A stretch of 64,000 bases of DNA, taken from the NCBI GenBank assembly GCA_963779415.1, contig CAVZYA010000001.1, positions 1,888,001-1,952,000 of the forward strand. Direction: 5' to 3'. Below, piece by piece: positions 11,397 to 20,883 of this stretch. The stretch is from an uncultured Acidobacteriota bacterium. Its GTDB lineage: Bacteria; Acidobacteriota; Thermoanaerobaculia; UBA5066. A program made the position numbers and the translations under genes. Below the pieces are notes generated by a model. That model made no database searches and was not told the origin of the DNA. It worked only from the letters and a program-made list of their open reading frames with translations. Position 1 is the first letter of the stretch; each line of letters begins with the position of its first letter.

Positions 11397-12247
11397 GATA
11401 TTCCGGTTTCCAGCGCCAGGTGCTCCGAAACGGATCGCGCCCGAATCCGTCCAGCCGCCTGCAATTCCGAAAGGTGTTCAAGGAACGGCACCAGGTGAAC
11501 GAGGCTCTCTTCCCTTTCCCGGGTGAGTCCTGACGGATGTCCATTGATGACGATCGACTGCCGCTCCGCTACGGCGCGATCCACCAGCCGGATCGCCTCG
11601 CTATCGAAACCGGTGTAGTTGAGTGGAATACATGCGATACCGCCGTTCCGCTCCAGGCGGCCGCTGATCAGCGGCCTTTCATCGGTGCCCCTGATCCTCT
11701 GAACAAGGGATCTATAGGACACCCGGCACCACGAGTAACCCGCGTTCCGCAGTTCCCGGCAAAGAGACCCGATGTTGCCCGCAGCTCTGAATGGGCTCAA
11801 GGAGCGATCACCAATGCTGATGGCTCCCTTTTTGTACCAGGTCATCGGCCGGCTGAATGGTGGAACAAATCCTTTCACGGAATCTGCTTCGCCGAGGCAC
11901 GTTTCGAGCGCCTGCTTGCTTCTCGTCAACGACCGCCGCACCTGCTCGCGCTCGAGGAACGGAAACCATTCGTGCCGCCATGAGTGTGATGCGATCTCGT
12001 GCGAGGCGGCTCGAATTCTTCGCAGCTGCTCCGGTACATGATACGGAAAATGCCCGGGTTCGGCTGCGAATCCGACGCAGGCGAAAGTCATTCGTAACCC
12101 CATGGTCGAGCCGAGCTCGAGAACGCGATCGACGTTTTCGATCTCCGTCTGCAGGAGTTCCTCGCGGTACTTGTAAGGGTACGATGCGTTTATCTGGCCA
12201 ATGGCCGTATCGTAGTCCCAGATGATCAGAACGGACGGAACGTGCAT
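11393..12247 (-). CDS. Polysaccharide deacetylase (CE4/NodB family)
   Basis: IIWDYD, TFACVG, HEIASHSWRH, GFVPP, INGHP; overlaps GNAT start. Confidence 0.85.
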   Translation of the reverse strand: MHVPSVLIIWDYDTAIGQINASYPYKYREELLQTEIENVDRVLELGSTMGLRMTFACVGFAAEPGHFPYHVPEQLRRIRAASHEIASHSWRHEWFPFLEREQVRRSLTRSKQALETCLGEADSVKGFVPPFSRPMTWYKKGAISIGDRSLSPFRAAGNIGSLCRELRNAGYSWCRVSYRSLVQRIRGTDERPLISGRLERNGGIACIPLNYTGFDSEAIRLVDRAVAERQSIVINGHPSGLTREREESLVHLVPFLEHLSELQAAGRIRARSVSEHLALETGIS

Positions 12248-12439
12248 TACGCGTCTTCCGCGACTAGCGGGACCTCGCAGGACACCGGAAAGTTGGAGAC
12301 GCCCCCGGAGCGCGTGGTGACGTGGGGTCCTCTCTCGACGGCTAAAGACATAGCTCTGTAGCCGACCAGATCATGACGGACGGCTCTTCTCCCGCCGGGC
12401 GTATTTGTTTGTTCTTCATCGATGGCTCTCGGGGCTCCG

Positions 12440-13813
12440 TCATCGCTTGATTCCCCTTGTACTAAGAACGACGAAGACGTTGAAAGTCGGTCCGGTGGGC
12501 GCAGGGGCCGCATAGCCGACGGGTGTGGCCGGAGTCAGCCCCGCCATCGGCAGCGTCACCGCCGCCCCCGAGTAGGTCCCCGAGACTACCGCAGGCCCGT
12601 AGAAGTTCTGTGCGTTCCGGATCTCGTAGGCATCCCCCGGACTCGCGATCCCTTTCAGGTCCACGGCCTGCGTCGCGCTCCTGTCCCAGTTGAAGATCAC
12701 GATCGTCGCCCGACCCGCCTCGTACGCATTCCGCAGGATCGTCACCTCGTCCTTTTTCGGCGGGTTCATCTTCGAATAGTACGTGTTGTCCGGGTAGTCG
12801 CCCGGCACAAACCCGCTCAGGTCCCCCACGAACGTGTTCCCCGTGACGGCTTCTCCCTGGCGGCAGCCGCTACGCCCGGGCGAAAACACGCCGCCTTCCA
12901 GGTTCGTCAGGTAGTTCCCGCTTACCGTCACGCCGGTGCACTTCGTCGTGGAATGACCGACATCCAGGGGCGCCGACCAGGAGAAGTTTCCCGTGACCGC
13001 GGTCCCTCTGATGTCGAACCCGTTCTCCCCTCCTACAAGCGACGTTCCCCGCCACCAGACGTTTCCTTCCACGCGCGAGTTCTCGAGGCCGGCGGTGGGA
13101 GAGCCGTAGGCGTGCAGGTTGTAGCTGAAGGGATCGAAGAGAATGTTGTGCTTGATCAGCTTCGAGCCGCCCTCGTAATTCTGAACATAGATCCCGTGCC
13201 CGTGCCCACGGTCGGGTGCCTTCCACCCGTTGTAGTAAATGATGTTTCCGTAGAGTTCGGCGTCCTTCGCCACCGACGCGCAGCTGATCCCCTCACCCGT
13301 GTCGTGGATGACGACGTTGATGACTTTCGTTCCCGGCGTCGTGATGGAGATGCCGTCTCCACGGTCGTCTGCCGGGCTCGAGCCCGGTACCGGATTCGAC
13401 CGGTCCGGGTTCGAGTTCATCACCTCGAAGCCCCAGAACCAGGTGAACGCCCCATCCTGGATCGCGAGGACGGGCTTCGCGTTCCCTCGGACCGCCGGAT
13501 TCACGTTTCCGTCCAGCGTCGCCCGCTCCCCCGGATACTGACGCACCACGATCGGTGCCTTGGCCGACCCCTTCAGGTGGCTCGTGAAGTTCCCCTTGTA
13601 CGTCCCTCCACGAAGCCAGATCGTGTCCCCGGGATGCGCCGCAGAAGGCTGCGACAGCGCCGACTGCAGTTCCCACGGATTTGAAATCGTCCCCGTCCCC
13701 GCCTTCGTGCTCGTCGTTCCCGTAGGTGAAACGTAGAAGTCGACGGCCTCGGCTTCGACCGCCACGAGCGTGAGGAGTCCAGCGAGGAGAGCGCGGCAGC
13801 GCGTCTTCCGCAC
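12440..13813 (-). CDS. Secreted right-handed parallel beta-helix (pectate-lyase-like) protein without SLH tail
   Basis: Signal peptide ..AEA; [25 protein letters not shown]; Asn-rich repeats. Confidence 0.8.
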   Translation of the reverse strand: MRKTRCRALLAGLLTLVAVEAEAVDFYVSPTGTTSTKAGTGTISNPWELQSALSQPSAAHPGDTIWLRGGTYKGNFTSHLKGSAKAPIVVRQYPGERATLDGNVNPAVRGNAKPVLAIQDGAFTWFWGFEVMNSNPDRSNPVPGSSPADDRGDGISITTPGTKVINVVIHDTGEGISCASVAKDAELYGNIIYYNGWKAPDRGHGHGIYVQNYEGGSKLIKHNILFDPFSYNLHAYGSPTAGLENSRVEGNVWWRGTSLVGGENGFDIRGTAVTGNFSWSAPLDVGHSTTKCTGVTVSGNYLTNLEGGVFSPGRSGCRQGEAVTGNTFVGDLSGFVPGDYPDNTYYSKMNPPKKDEVTILRNAYEAGRATIVIFNWDRSATQAVDLKGIASPGDAYEIRNAQNFYGPAVVSGTYSGAAVTLPMAGLTPATPVGYAAPAPTGPTFNVFVVLSTRGIKR

Positions 13814-13864
13814 GGGCCGGATTCTACCCGCAGCGCCGAGCCGCCTTCTGGTCCTGGCAGGAGG

Positions 13865-16804
13865 TCACTGGAGGAATGGGATGTTGAAGGCCCGCACGAG
13901 GAAGATCGCCATCTGCCAGCGGGTCAGGGGGGTGTTCGGGCAGTACTTGCCGCCGCCGCAGCCAGCCGTGACGCCCCCCGCGTAGATGTAATGAATGAAG
14001 CGGCAGGTGCCATCCGTCGGCTGGACGTCGCCGAAGAGGGAGTTCCCTCCCGCCGTGCAGTTGTAGGAGCCGACGGAGGGGACGGTACCGCTCGTGGGGA
14101 CGGTGCCACTCGGACCGACCATTCCCACAGCCAGAAAGACGGCCATCTGGCTGCGGGTGACGTTCGAGGAGGGGCAGTACTTGCCACCGCCGCAGCCGGC
14201 GGTGATTCCCTGGGCGTAGATGTAGTGGATCGAGGGGCAGGCAGCGTCGGCCGGTGCCACGTCTCCGAAGAGGGACGTGCCACCGGTGGTGCAGTTATAG
14301 GTTCCAACACCCGGCACGGTCCCGGACGTGGGAACCGGCACGCCGGGTCCGAGCAGGGAGCGTGCGAGGAGCACAGCCATCTGCCAGCGGGTGACGTCGC
14401 TGGCGGGACAGTAGTTGCCGCCACCGCAGCCGGCGGTGACGCCATTGTGGAAGATACTTTCGACAAAGGGGTAGGAGACGTCCGAGGTGGGCACGTCGGT
14501 GAAGCTCTTGCCAACGTGGAGAGTCCAGGTCCTGGCGACGCCGTTGCTGAGCGTCTCGAGGAAGGTGGCGTCCCAGTGGGCGGCGGGGCGGGTGGCCGGG
14601 TTGGAGACGGAGAGGCGATAGGAGGGCCCTCCGGCCGAGAAGCTGTCGGCGGTGGCGCCGGGAGCAATGGTGCCGTAGCCGGCAGCCGAATCGAGGAGGG
14701 AATAGGTCGCCCCGACAGGACCTGTGAAGGCAGAGGCGGTGCCCGTCAAGGAGACAGGAGAGCCGCCGACGTTCTTCCAGGAGGGGTTGGCAAGGACCGC
14801 CTCGCCCGGCTCCAGAATCTTGTTGACGTTCGAGACCGTTCCGCCCGTGGCGTGAGCGTCCTCGACGAGGCCGACGGGCTGGGTGTCGATGTAGACGTTC
14901 GCGCCTGCGCTCGGAGAAACGCAGCCCGTGGCGACGGTCGTCTCCACGACGGACAGAATGGTGACCCCGGAGGATCCTGCCGTGAAGGTGATCTGGTTCG
15001 TCGTACCTCCGGCGGTGATCGTGCCGTTGATGATGCCCCAGAGGTAGCTGCTCCCGGCGTGGGACGGGACGCTTGCGGCAAGTCCCGTGGCGCCCGGTAG
15101 TGCCGAGGCCGGTGCGGTGATGACGGGGATGGCCGGCACCGGGTTGACGACGACTGTCGTCGTCCCGGGTGCCGAGGTGAGCCCGCCAACCGTCACGGTC
15201 ACGCTGTACAGGCCGGCGTTGGCCACCGTCGCGTTGGGGATCGTCGGGTTCTGAAGCACCGAGGTGAAGCCGTCAGGACCGGTCCACGCATAGGTCGCGC
15301 CGGCAACCGTCGGCGTCGAGAGCGAGATGGTCGCGCCTGCGCAGTAGGGGCCGGTGTTGGTTGCCGTCGGCGTGGGAGGCGGAGTGGTCCCACCTCCCAC
15401 CGTCAGGACGACGAAGGTGGCGAAGGCGGGTCCGGTCGACGAAGGAGCCGCATAGCCGACGGGCGTGGCCGGCGTCAGCCCCGTCATCGGCACGGAGACC
15501 GTCCCCCCGCCATATGTCCCGCTGACCACCGGTGTCCCGTAGAAGTTCTGCGCGTTGCGGATCTCGTAGGCCGCGCCTGCGCTCACGGTCCCCGTCAGGT
15601 CCACCGCCTGCGTCCCGCTCCCGTCCCAGTTGTCGACGACGATCGTCGCCCGCCCCGCCTCGTACGCGTTCGGCAGAATCGTCACATGGTCCTGGGTCGG
15701 CGGGCTCGTCCTCGAATAGTACGTGTTGTTCGGGTAGTCGCCCGGCACAAACCCGCTCAGGTCCCCCACGAACGTGTTCCCCGTGATGGTCTCCCCGGCC
15801 CGGCAGCCGGTGCTCCCCGGCGAAAACACACCGCCGCTGACGTTCGTCAGGTAGTTCCCGGTCACCGTCACGCCCGCGCACTTCGTCGTGGAGTACCCCA
15901 TCGTCAGCGTCGACAACCACGAGAAGTTCCCCGTCACCGACGTCCCACCGATGTCGAACCCGCTCTCCCCTCCCACCAGCGACGTCCCACGCCACCACAC
16001 GTTCCCGTCCACCTGCGAGTCTATGAACCCCGCCGTCCCCGATCCGTAGGCATGCAGGTTGTAGCCGAACTGGTCGAAAAGAATGTTGTGCTTGATGACC
16101 TTCGTGCCGCCGTATCCCAGATTCTGCGCGTAGATGGCGTGCCCGTGCGGCCGGTCCGGTGCGTTCCACCCGTTGTAGTAGATGATGTTCCCGTAGTACT
16201 CCGAGTTCGTGGATATCGACGTCAGATCCAGCCCCTCGCCCGTGTCATGGATGACGACGTTGATGATCTTCGTCCCCGGTCCCCACACCCCAATACCCGA
16301 GTCACGCGCGTCCACCGGGTTCGACCCCGGCGTCGGGTTCCACCGGTTCGGGTTCGAGTCCATCACCTCGAACCCCCAGTACCACGTGTACGCCCCGCTT
16401 ACCTTGAGAATCCAGCCGTCGGTACCGAGAACCTCGGGGTTCACGTTCCCGTCCAGCGTCGCCCGCTCCCCCGGATACTGCCGCACCACGATCGGCTGGC
16501 TCGACGTCCCCGTCAGAGAGCTCGTGAACAGTCCCGTGTACGTCCCCCCACGCAGCCAGATCGTGTCCCCGGGATGCACCGCCGATGGCTGCGACAGCGC
16601 CGTCTGAAGTGCCCACGGATTCGATATCGTCCCCGTCCCCGGCCCCGTGCCCGTCGTCCCCGTCGGTGAAACGTAAAAGTCGGACGCCCAGACTGACGCA
16701 GTGAAAAGGAAAAGCGCGAGGACGAGGGCAGCGCGAGCCGCATCAATTCCTCTGCGAATCGCGAGACAGATCTTCACGTTCGCAAGCTTAACGTCTTCGT
16801 GCAT
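13865..16804 (-). CDS. Surface protein B: beta-helix + two Ig-like domains + GLVED domain + 3x SLH-like
   Basis: Intact ORF, start codon uncertain (16804 or 16867); modules homologous to neighbours. Confidence 0.85.
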   Translation of the reverse strand: MHEDVKLANVKICLAIRRGIDAARAALVLALFLFTASVWASDFYVSPTGTTGTGPGTGTISNPWALQTALSQPSAVHPGDTIWLRGGTYTGLFTSSLTGTSSQPIVVRQYPGERATLDGNVNPEVLGTDGWILKVSGAYTWYWGFEVMDSNPNRWNPTPGSNPVDARDSGIGVWGPGTKIINVVIHDTGEGLDLTSISTNSEYYGNIIYYNGWNAPDRPHGHAIYAQNLGYGGTKVIKHNILFDQFGYNLHAYGSGTAGFIDSQVDGNVWWRGTSLVGGESGFDIGGTSVTGNFSWLSTLTMGYSTTKCAGVTVTGNYLTNVSGGVFSPGSTGCRAGETITGNTFVGDLSGFVPGDYPNNTYYSRTSPPTQDHVTILPNAYEAGRATIVVDNWDGSGTQAVDLTGTVSAGAAYEIRNAQNFYGTPVVSGTYGGGTVSVPMTGLTPATPVGYAAPSSTGPAFATFVVLTVGGGTTPPPTPTATNTGPYCAGATISLSTPTVAGATYAWTGPDGFTSVLQNPTIPNATVANAGLYSVTVTVGGLTSAPGTTTVVVNPVPAIPVITAPASALPGATGLAASVPSHAGSSYLWGIINGTITAGGTTNQITFTAGSSGVTILSVVETTVATGCVSPSAGANVYIDTQPVGLVEDAHATGGTVSNVNKILEPGEAVLANPSWKNVGGSPVSLTGTASAFTGPVGATYSLLDSAAGYGTIAPGATADSFSAGGPSYRLSVSNPATRPAAHWDATFLETLSNGVARTWTLHVGKSFTDVPTSDVSYPFVESIFHNGVTAGCGGGNYCPASDVTRWQMAVLLARSLLGPGVPVPTSGTVPGVGTYNCTTGGTSLFGDVAPADAACPSIHYIYAQGITAGCGGGKYCPSSNVTRSQMAVFLAVGMVGPSGTVPTSGTVPSVGSYNCTAGGNSLFGDVQPTDGTCRFIHYIYAGGVTAGCGGGKYCPNTPLTRWQMAIFLVRAFNIPFLQ
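13870..14665. repeat. Direct repeat of SLH-tail DNA (partner 20889-21684)
   Basis: Near-identical sequence at offset 7019. Confidence 0.9.
15398..16681. repeat. Direct repeat of beta-helix DNA (partner 22415-23697)
   Basis: Near-identical sequence at offset 7017/7016. Confidence 0.92.
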
Positions 16805-16960
16805 GCACGGGTACTGGCCGAAGGACATGACGTCGAGACAGGAGACGCACCGTCGGCCCTGTACCAAAGGACAGGCTCGCGCCGTCGTGGCCCCATCTAT
16901 CGCCAGTTCAAGCGTCGCACTTCAGGCCCGTGTCTCCACCTTCCATCGGCCCGCTGTTTC

Positions 16961-19900
16961 TCAGTGGAGGAAGGGGATGTTGAAGGCCCGCACGAGGAAG
17001 ATCGCCATCTGCCAGCGGGTCAGGGGGGGGTTCGGGCAATACTTGCCGCCGCCGCAGCCAGCCGTGACACCGCCCGCATAGATGTAATGGATGAAGCGGC
17101 AGGTGCCGTCCGTCGGCTGGACGTCGCCGAACAGGGAGTTCCCTCCCGCGGTGCAGTTGTAGGAGCCGACGGAGGGGACGGTGCCGCTCGTGGGGACGGT
17201 GCCACTCGGACCGACCATTCCCACAGCCAGGAAGACGGCCATCTGGCTGCGGGTGACGTTCGAGGAGGGGCAGTATTTGCCGCCGCCGCAGCCGCAGGTG
17301 ATTCCCTGGGCGTAGATGTAGTGGATCGAGGGGCAGGCAGCGTCGGTCGGTGCCACGTCTCCGAAGAGAGACGTGCCACCGGTGGTGCAGTTATAGGTTC
17401 CAACACCCGGCACGGTCCCGGACGTGGGAACCGGCACGCCGGGTCCGAGTATGGAACGTGCGAGGAGTACAGCCATCTGCCAGCGGGTAACGTCGCTGGC
17501 GGGACAGTAGTTGCCGCCACCGCAGCCGGCGGTGATGCCATTGTGGAGGACACTCTCGACATAGGGGTAGGAGACGTCGGAGACCGGAACGTCCGAGAAA
17601 CTCCGGCCCATGTGGAGAGTCCAGGTCCGGGTGATGCCGTTGCTGAGCGTCTCGAGGAAGGTGGCGTCCCAGTGGGCGGCGGGGCGGGTGGCCGGGTTGG
17701 AGACGGAGAGGCGATAGGAGGGCCCCCCGGCCGAGAAGCTGTCGGCGGTGGCGCCGGGGGCGATGGTGCCGTAGCCGGCAGCCGAATCGAGGAGGGAATA
17801 GGTCGCCCCGACAGGACCTGTGAAGGCAGAAGCCGTACCTGTGAGGGCGGCCGGGGAAGCACCGATGTTCTTCCAGGAGGCGTTGACGAGGAGGGTTTCT
17901 CCCGGCTCCAGAATCTTGTTGACGTTCGAGACCGTTCCGCCCGTGGCGTGAGCGTCCTCGACCAGACCGGCGGCCTGGACGGCGACTGTCGGTGTCTGGG
18001 TCGGCGTCGGCGTCGGCGTGGGAGTCGATGTAGAGCTCGGCGGTGGCGTCGGCGTCCGCGTCGGCGTCGCCGTGGCTGTCGGAGCGACTGTCGGCGTCCA
18101 CGTCGGCGTGGACGTTGGGGTCCGCGTCGGCGTCACCGTCGGCGTAAAAGTCGGAGTCGCCGTCGCTGTCGCAGCGACTGTCGGCGTCCGGGTCGGAGTG
18201 GACGTTGGGGTCCGCGTCGGAGTCATCGTCGGCGTACGAGTCGGCGTCGCCGTGGCTGTCGGAGCGACTGTCGGCGTCCGAGTTGGCGTGGACGTCGGGG
18301 TCCGCGTCGGAGTCATCGTCGGCGTACGAGTCGGCGTCGCCGTGGCTGTCGGAGCGACTGTCGGCGTCCGAGTTGGCGTGGACGTCGGGGTCCGCGTCGG
18401 AGTCGCCGTTGGAGTTCGAGTCGGAGTCGACGTGGCTGTCGGAACGACTGTGGGTGTCCGGGTCGGGGTTGGCGTAGGCGTAGGCGTCAGGCCCGCCGGA
18501 TCCAGGACGAGGATCCAGTCGGTGTAGCCCGAGCCATTGTCGCCGGGCGGTGTGAAGGTGTAGGTGCCGGTATTGGCGAGACTCGAACTGATCAGCGTAT
18601 AGGCTGCCGTCGCCGGGTTGAACCAGCGTGCTCGCGCCGCTCCGCCCATGACGGTCATGTCCACGGTGATCGTCCCCGTGTGGTCGGGCGGGACGTAGGC
18701 GACGAGAAGCGTTCCGGCCGGGTCGGCCGCCGCGGCCACGTAGTCCGACGCCGTCACGCTCGAGCCGCCCGCCGTGATGATCGTCTTCATGCCATTCAGA
18801 CCGGACGGGACCAGGTGGTACCAGGCGATGGATCGAACGAACGCATTGAGTCGCGCCATGTCCTGCGCGCCCTGAGTGTTCAGGTGATTGTTCCAGATGC
18901 CGGGCATGAACTTCCAGACGTAGCCGTTGCCCGTGACGTAGCCGCCTATGCTGGAAAGAACGCTCCACCACTGGAAGCGGCGCACGGGCTGGGTGGCGCC
19001 TGGATTGTCGTCCGTTCCATCCGGCCCTTCCTCGTCATAAGGTCCTTCGACGAGATACGCGGGCATCGCCGGGGTCGCCGCGTAGCCGCTCCGGCACCAC
19101 TCCGAAACGGAGTTCCATGTGTAAGCCCCCTGAAGCGTTCCGGCCGCCTTCAGCGTGGCATCGGTCTGCGAGGTATAGATCGAATCGCCAGCCCAATCGG
19201 CGGAAAAGTTGACGCTCTGCTGGCCGGCGACGCTCTTCAAACCCGAAAGCAGAGCCTGCTCGACGGCCAGCTCCGGCGCGGAGAACGAGGCCGGTGGCGA
19301 GCCGTAATCCCCCCCCAGCATCCAGACGAGATTTCCGTAGGTCTTGTACCTGTTGGCGAGAAAGGCTCCGTAGGCGCTCATCCTTGTAGGCCCGTTGGAG
19401 GTCATCGGCTGCATCCAGCCGGCGGTGAGATTGCCGTTCTGGCCGACGTAACTCGGAAATACAAGACAAAGCAATCCCTTCTGAGACGCGTAATCGAGCA
19501 TCCCGTCGATGTGCTGCCAGTAGGTCTCATTGGGCGTCGTGTAATCGGGATTCACGCCCGCCGCCATCGAGCCGTCCCATACCGTGCCGTCGAGTTTCTT
19601 GATGAACGGAAGCTGGTTGTTTCCGTCGAACGGAGCGTTATATCCATCCCGGTCCAGAAAGTTGAGCAGGATGGCGTTAAAGCCCTTCGCCACCGTATCG
19701 TCGACGAAAAGCTGATAGTCCGAGAGACTCAGCGAGGGTATGTCCCACGCGACTCGCCCCAGAATGGGAAACGGCTGCCCGCTCTGATCCTGAAGATAGC
19801 GATGATCCCCGGAAGCCACGAGAGGGTAATTGACATTGCCCGATTCGATCAAGAAGGTACCGCCGCCCGGATTCACGTTCCGATCAAACGTCGCCCGCTC

Positions 19901-20199
19901 CCCCGGAAACTGCTTCAACATGATCGGCTGGCCCGGACTCCCGTTCAGGTAGCTGGTGAAGCTCCCTTTGTACGTCCCCCCCGCAGCCAGATCGTGTCCC
20001 CGGGATGCACCGCCGAAGGCTGCGAGAGACCCGTCTGCAGGCTCCACGGGTTCGTGATCGTCCCCGTCCCGGGCCCCGTGCTCGACGTCCCGGTCGGTGA
20101 GACGTAGAAGTCCACGCCGGCGGCGACGAAGACAGCGGCGAGCAGCACCGCTGCGACAGCCGCGAACATGCCTCCGCGACGAGTCAATCGGGCCTTCAC
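16961..20199 (-). CDS. Surface protein C: beta-helix N-cap + GH140-like hydrolase + Pro/Thr linker + GLVED domain + 3x SLH-like (frameshift at G7 tract 19976-19982)
   Basis: ORF 19945-20199 gives signal peptide to WLRGG; ORF 16961-20047 continues TYKGSF. Confidence 0.82.
18000..18487 (-). repeat. Coding tandem repeat, 90-bp (30 aa) Pro/Thr unit
   Basis: Perfect period 90 over ~18207-18404, degenerate flanking copies; unit [30 protein letters not shown]. Confidence 0.88.
18494..19829 (-). repeat. 1.34-kb inverted repeat, copy 2 (partner 3197-4532)
   Basis: Same length and near-identical to copy 1. Confidence 0.93.
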
Positions 20200-20639
20200 G
20201 GCCGAGAAGTTACCCTTTCGAACTGGTGACGGGCTACTGATCGGACGGCGTGTTCTCGGGACAGGGAACGGTCCCGTCCAACTCCTGTCCCGCAGGACAG
20301 GCTCACGCGATCGTGAAGGTGGCGATCCGGACTCCGGTCAGCCGGCCAATGCTCTGCGCTCAATGTCATCGGGAGTGTTCCGGCCGCGTGGTTTCCCACG
20401 CCGGTCCTCCCGACCTCTTTCACCAGTAGAACCACCGCCGCGTCACCCTTCCTCCCCTGTACTATCCGGAAGTTGATGGAATACCGCCCAGAGACTCGGC
20501 ATCCGGCTCTCTCCGCCGGCTGACCGGGCCGTTCAGTCACTTCCCTCAGGACTCCTGGCGCAAACGAACAGCGTCCTGGAGCCCGAACTCATGCGCACGG
20601 GAAATTCTAGCAGACACGCGTCGAGTGGGCTCTGCCTCG

Positions 20640-20832
20640 ACCTGCCGGAAGAAGCCGTTGGCGCCGAGAACCACGTCGATCGGGCTCGAAGCGTGATTCT
20701 GGATTGCGATCGTAGCTCTTCCGTCGGAGGGGGGCCACCACAATGTTCTTCACCTGAGAACAGTTCTCGCTGTAGTTGGTGCTGCTCACAAGAGGTGCAC
20801 TGATATTGGCCCATAGACCCGAAGATCTTCGA
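20640..20832 (-). pseudogene. Relic of a different C-terminal surface-protein domain
   Basis: Across frames: EDLRVYG/ANISAPLVSSTNYSENCSQVKNIVVA/PSDGRATIAIQNHASSPIDVVLGANGFF, resembling a ..STINY..QTRANNAIV..DVNGYF-type terminus (from memory). Confidence 0.45.
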
Positions 20833-20883
20833 GCTTTCTGGGATTCACGCCCGTGTCTCCACCTTCCCTCGGCCCGCTGTGTG

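Noticed and set aside
3197-19829. Site-specific shufflon or invertase system
   Set aside because: No tyrosine or serine recombinase gene and no short recurrent crossover sites seen; only long homologies
16799-20107. 1102-aa plus-strand ORF (also 3174-4544, 38913-40862, 41277-45263, 59885-62545)
   Set aside because: Antisense or off-frame shadows of real genes in high-GC DNA; Arg/Gly-rich with no motifs
20330-20530. c-di-GMP-I riboswitch or 6S RNA
   Set aside because: Lacks the GGCAAACC..GGGACGCAAAGC core; hairpins are off-centre, unlike the single 6S rod
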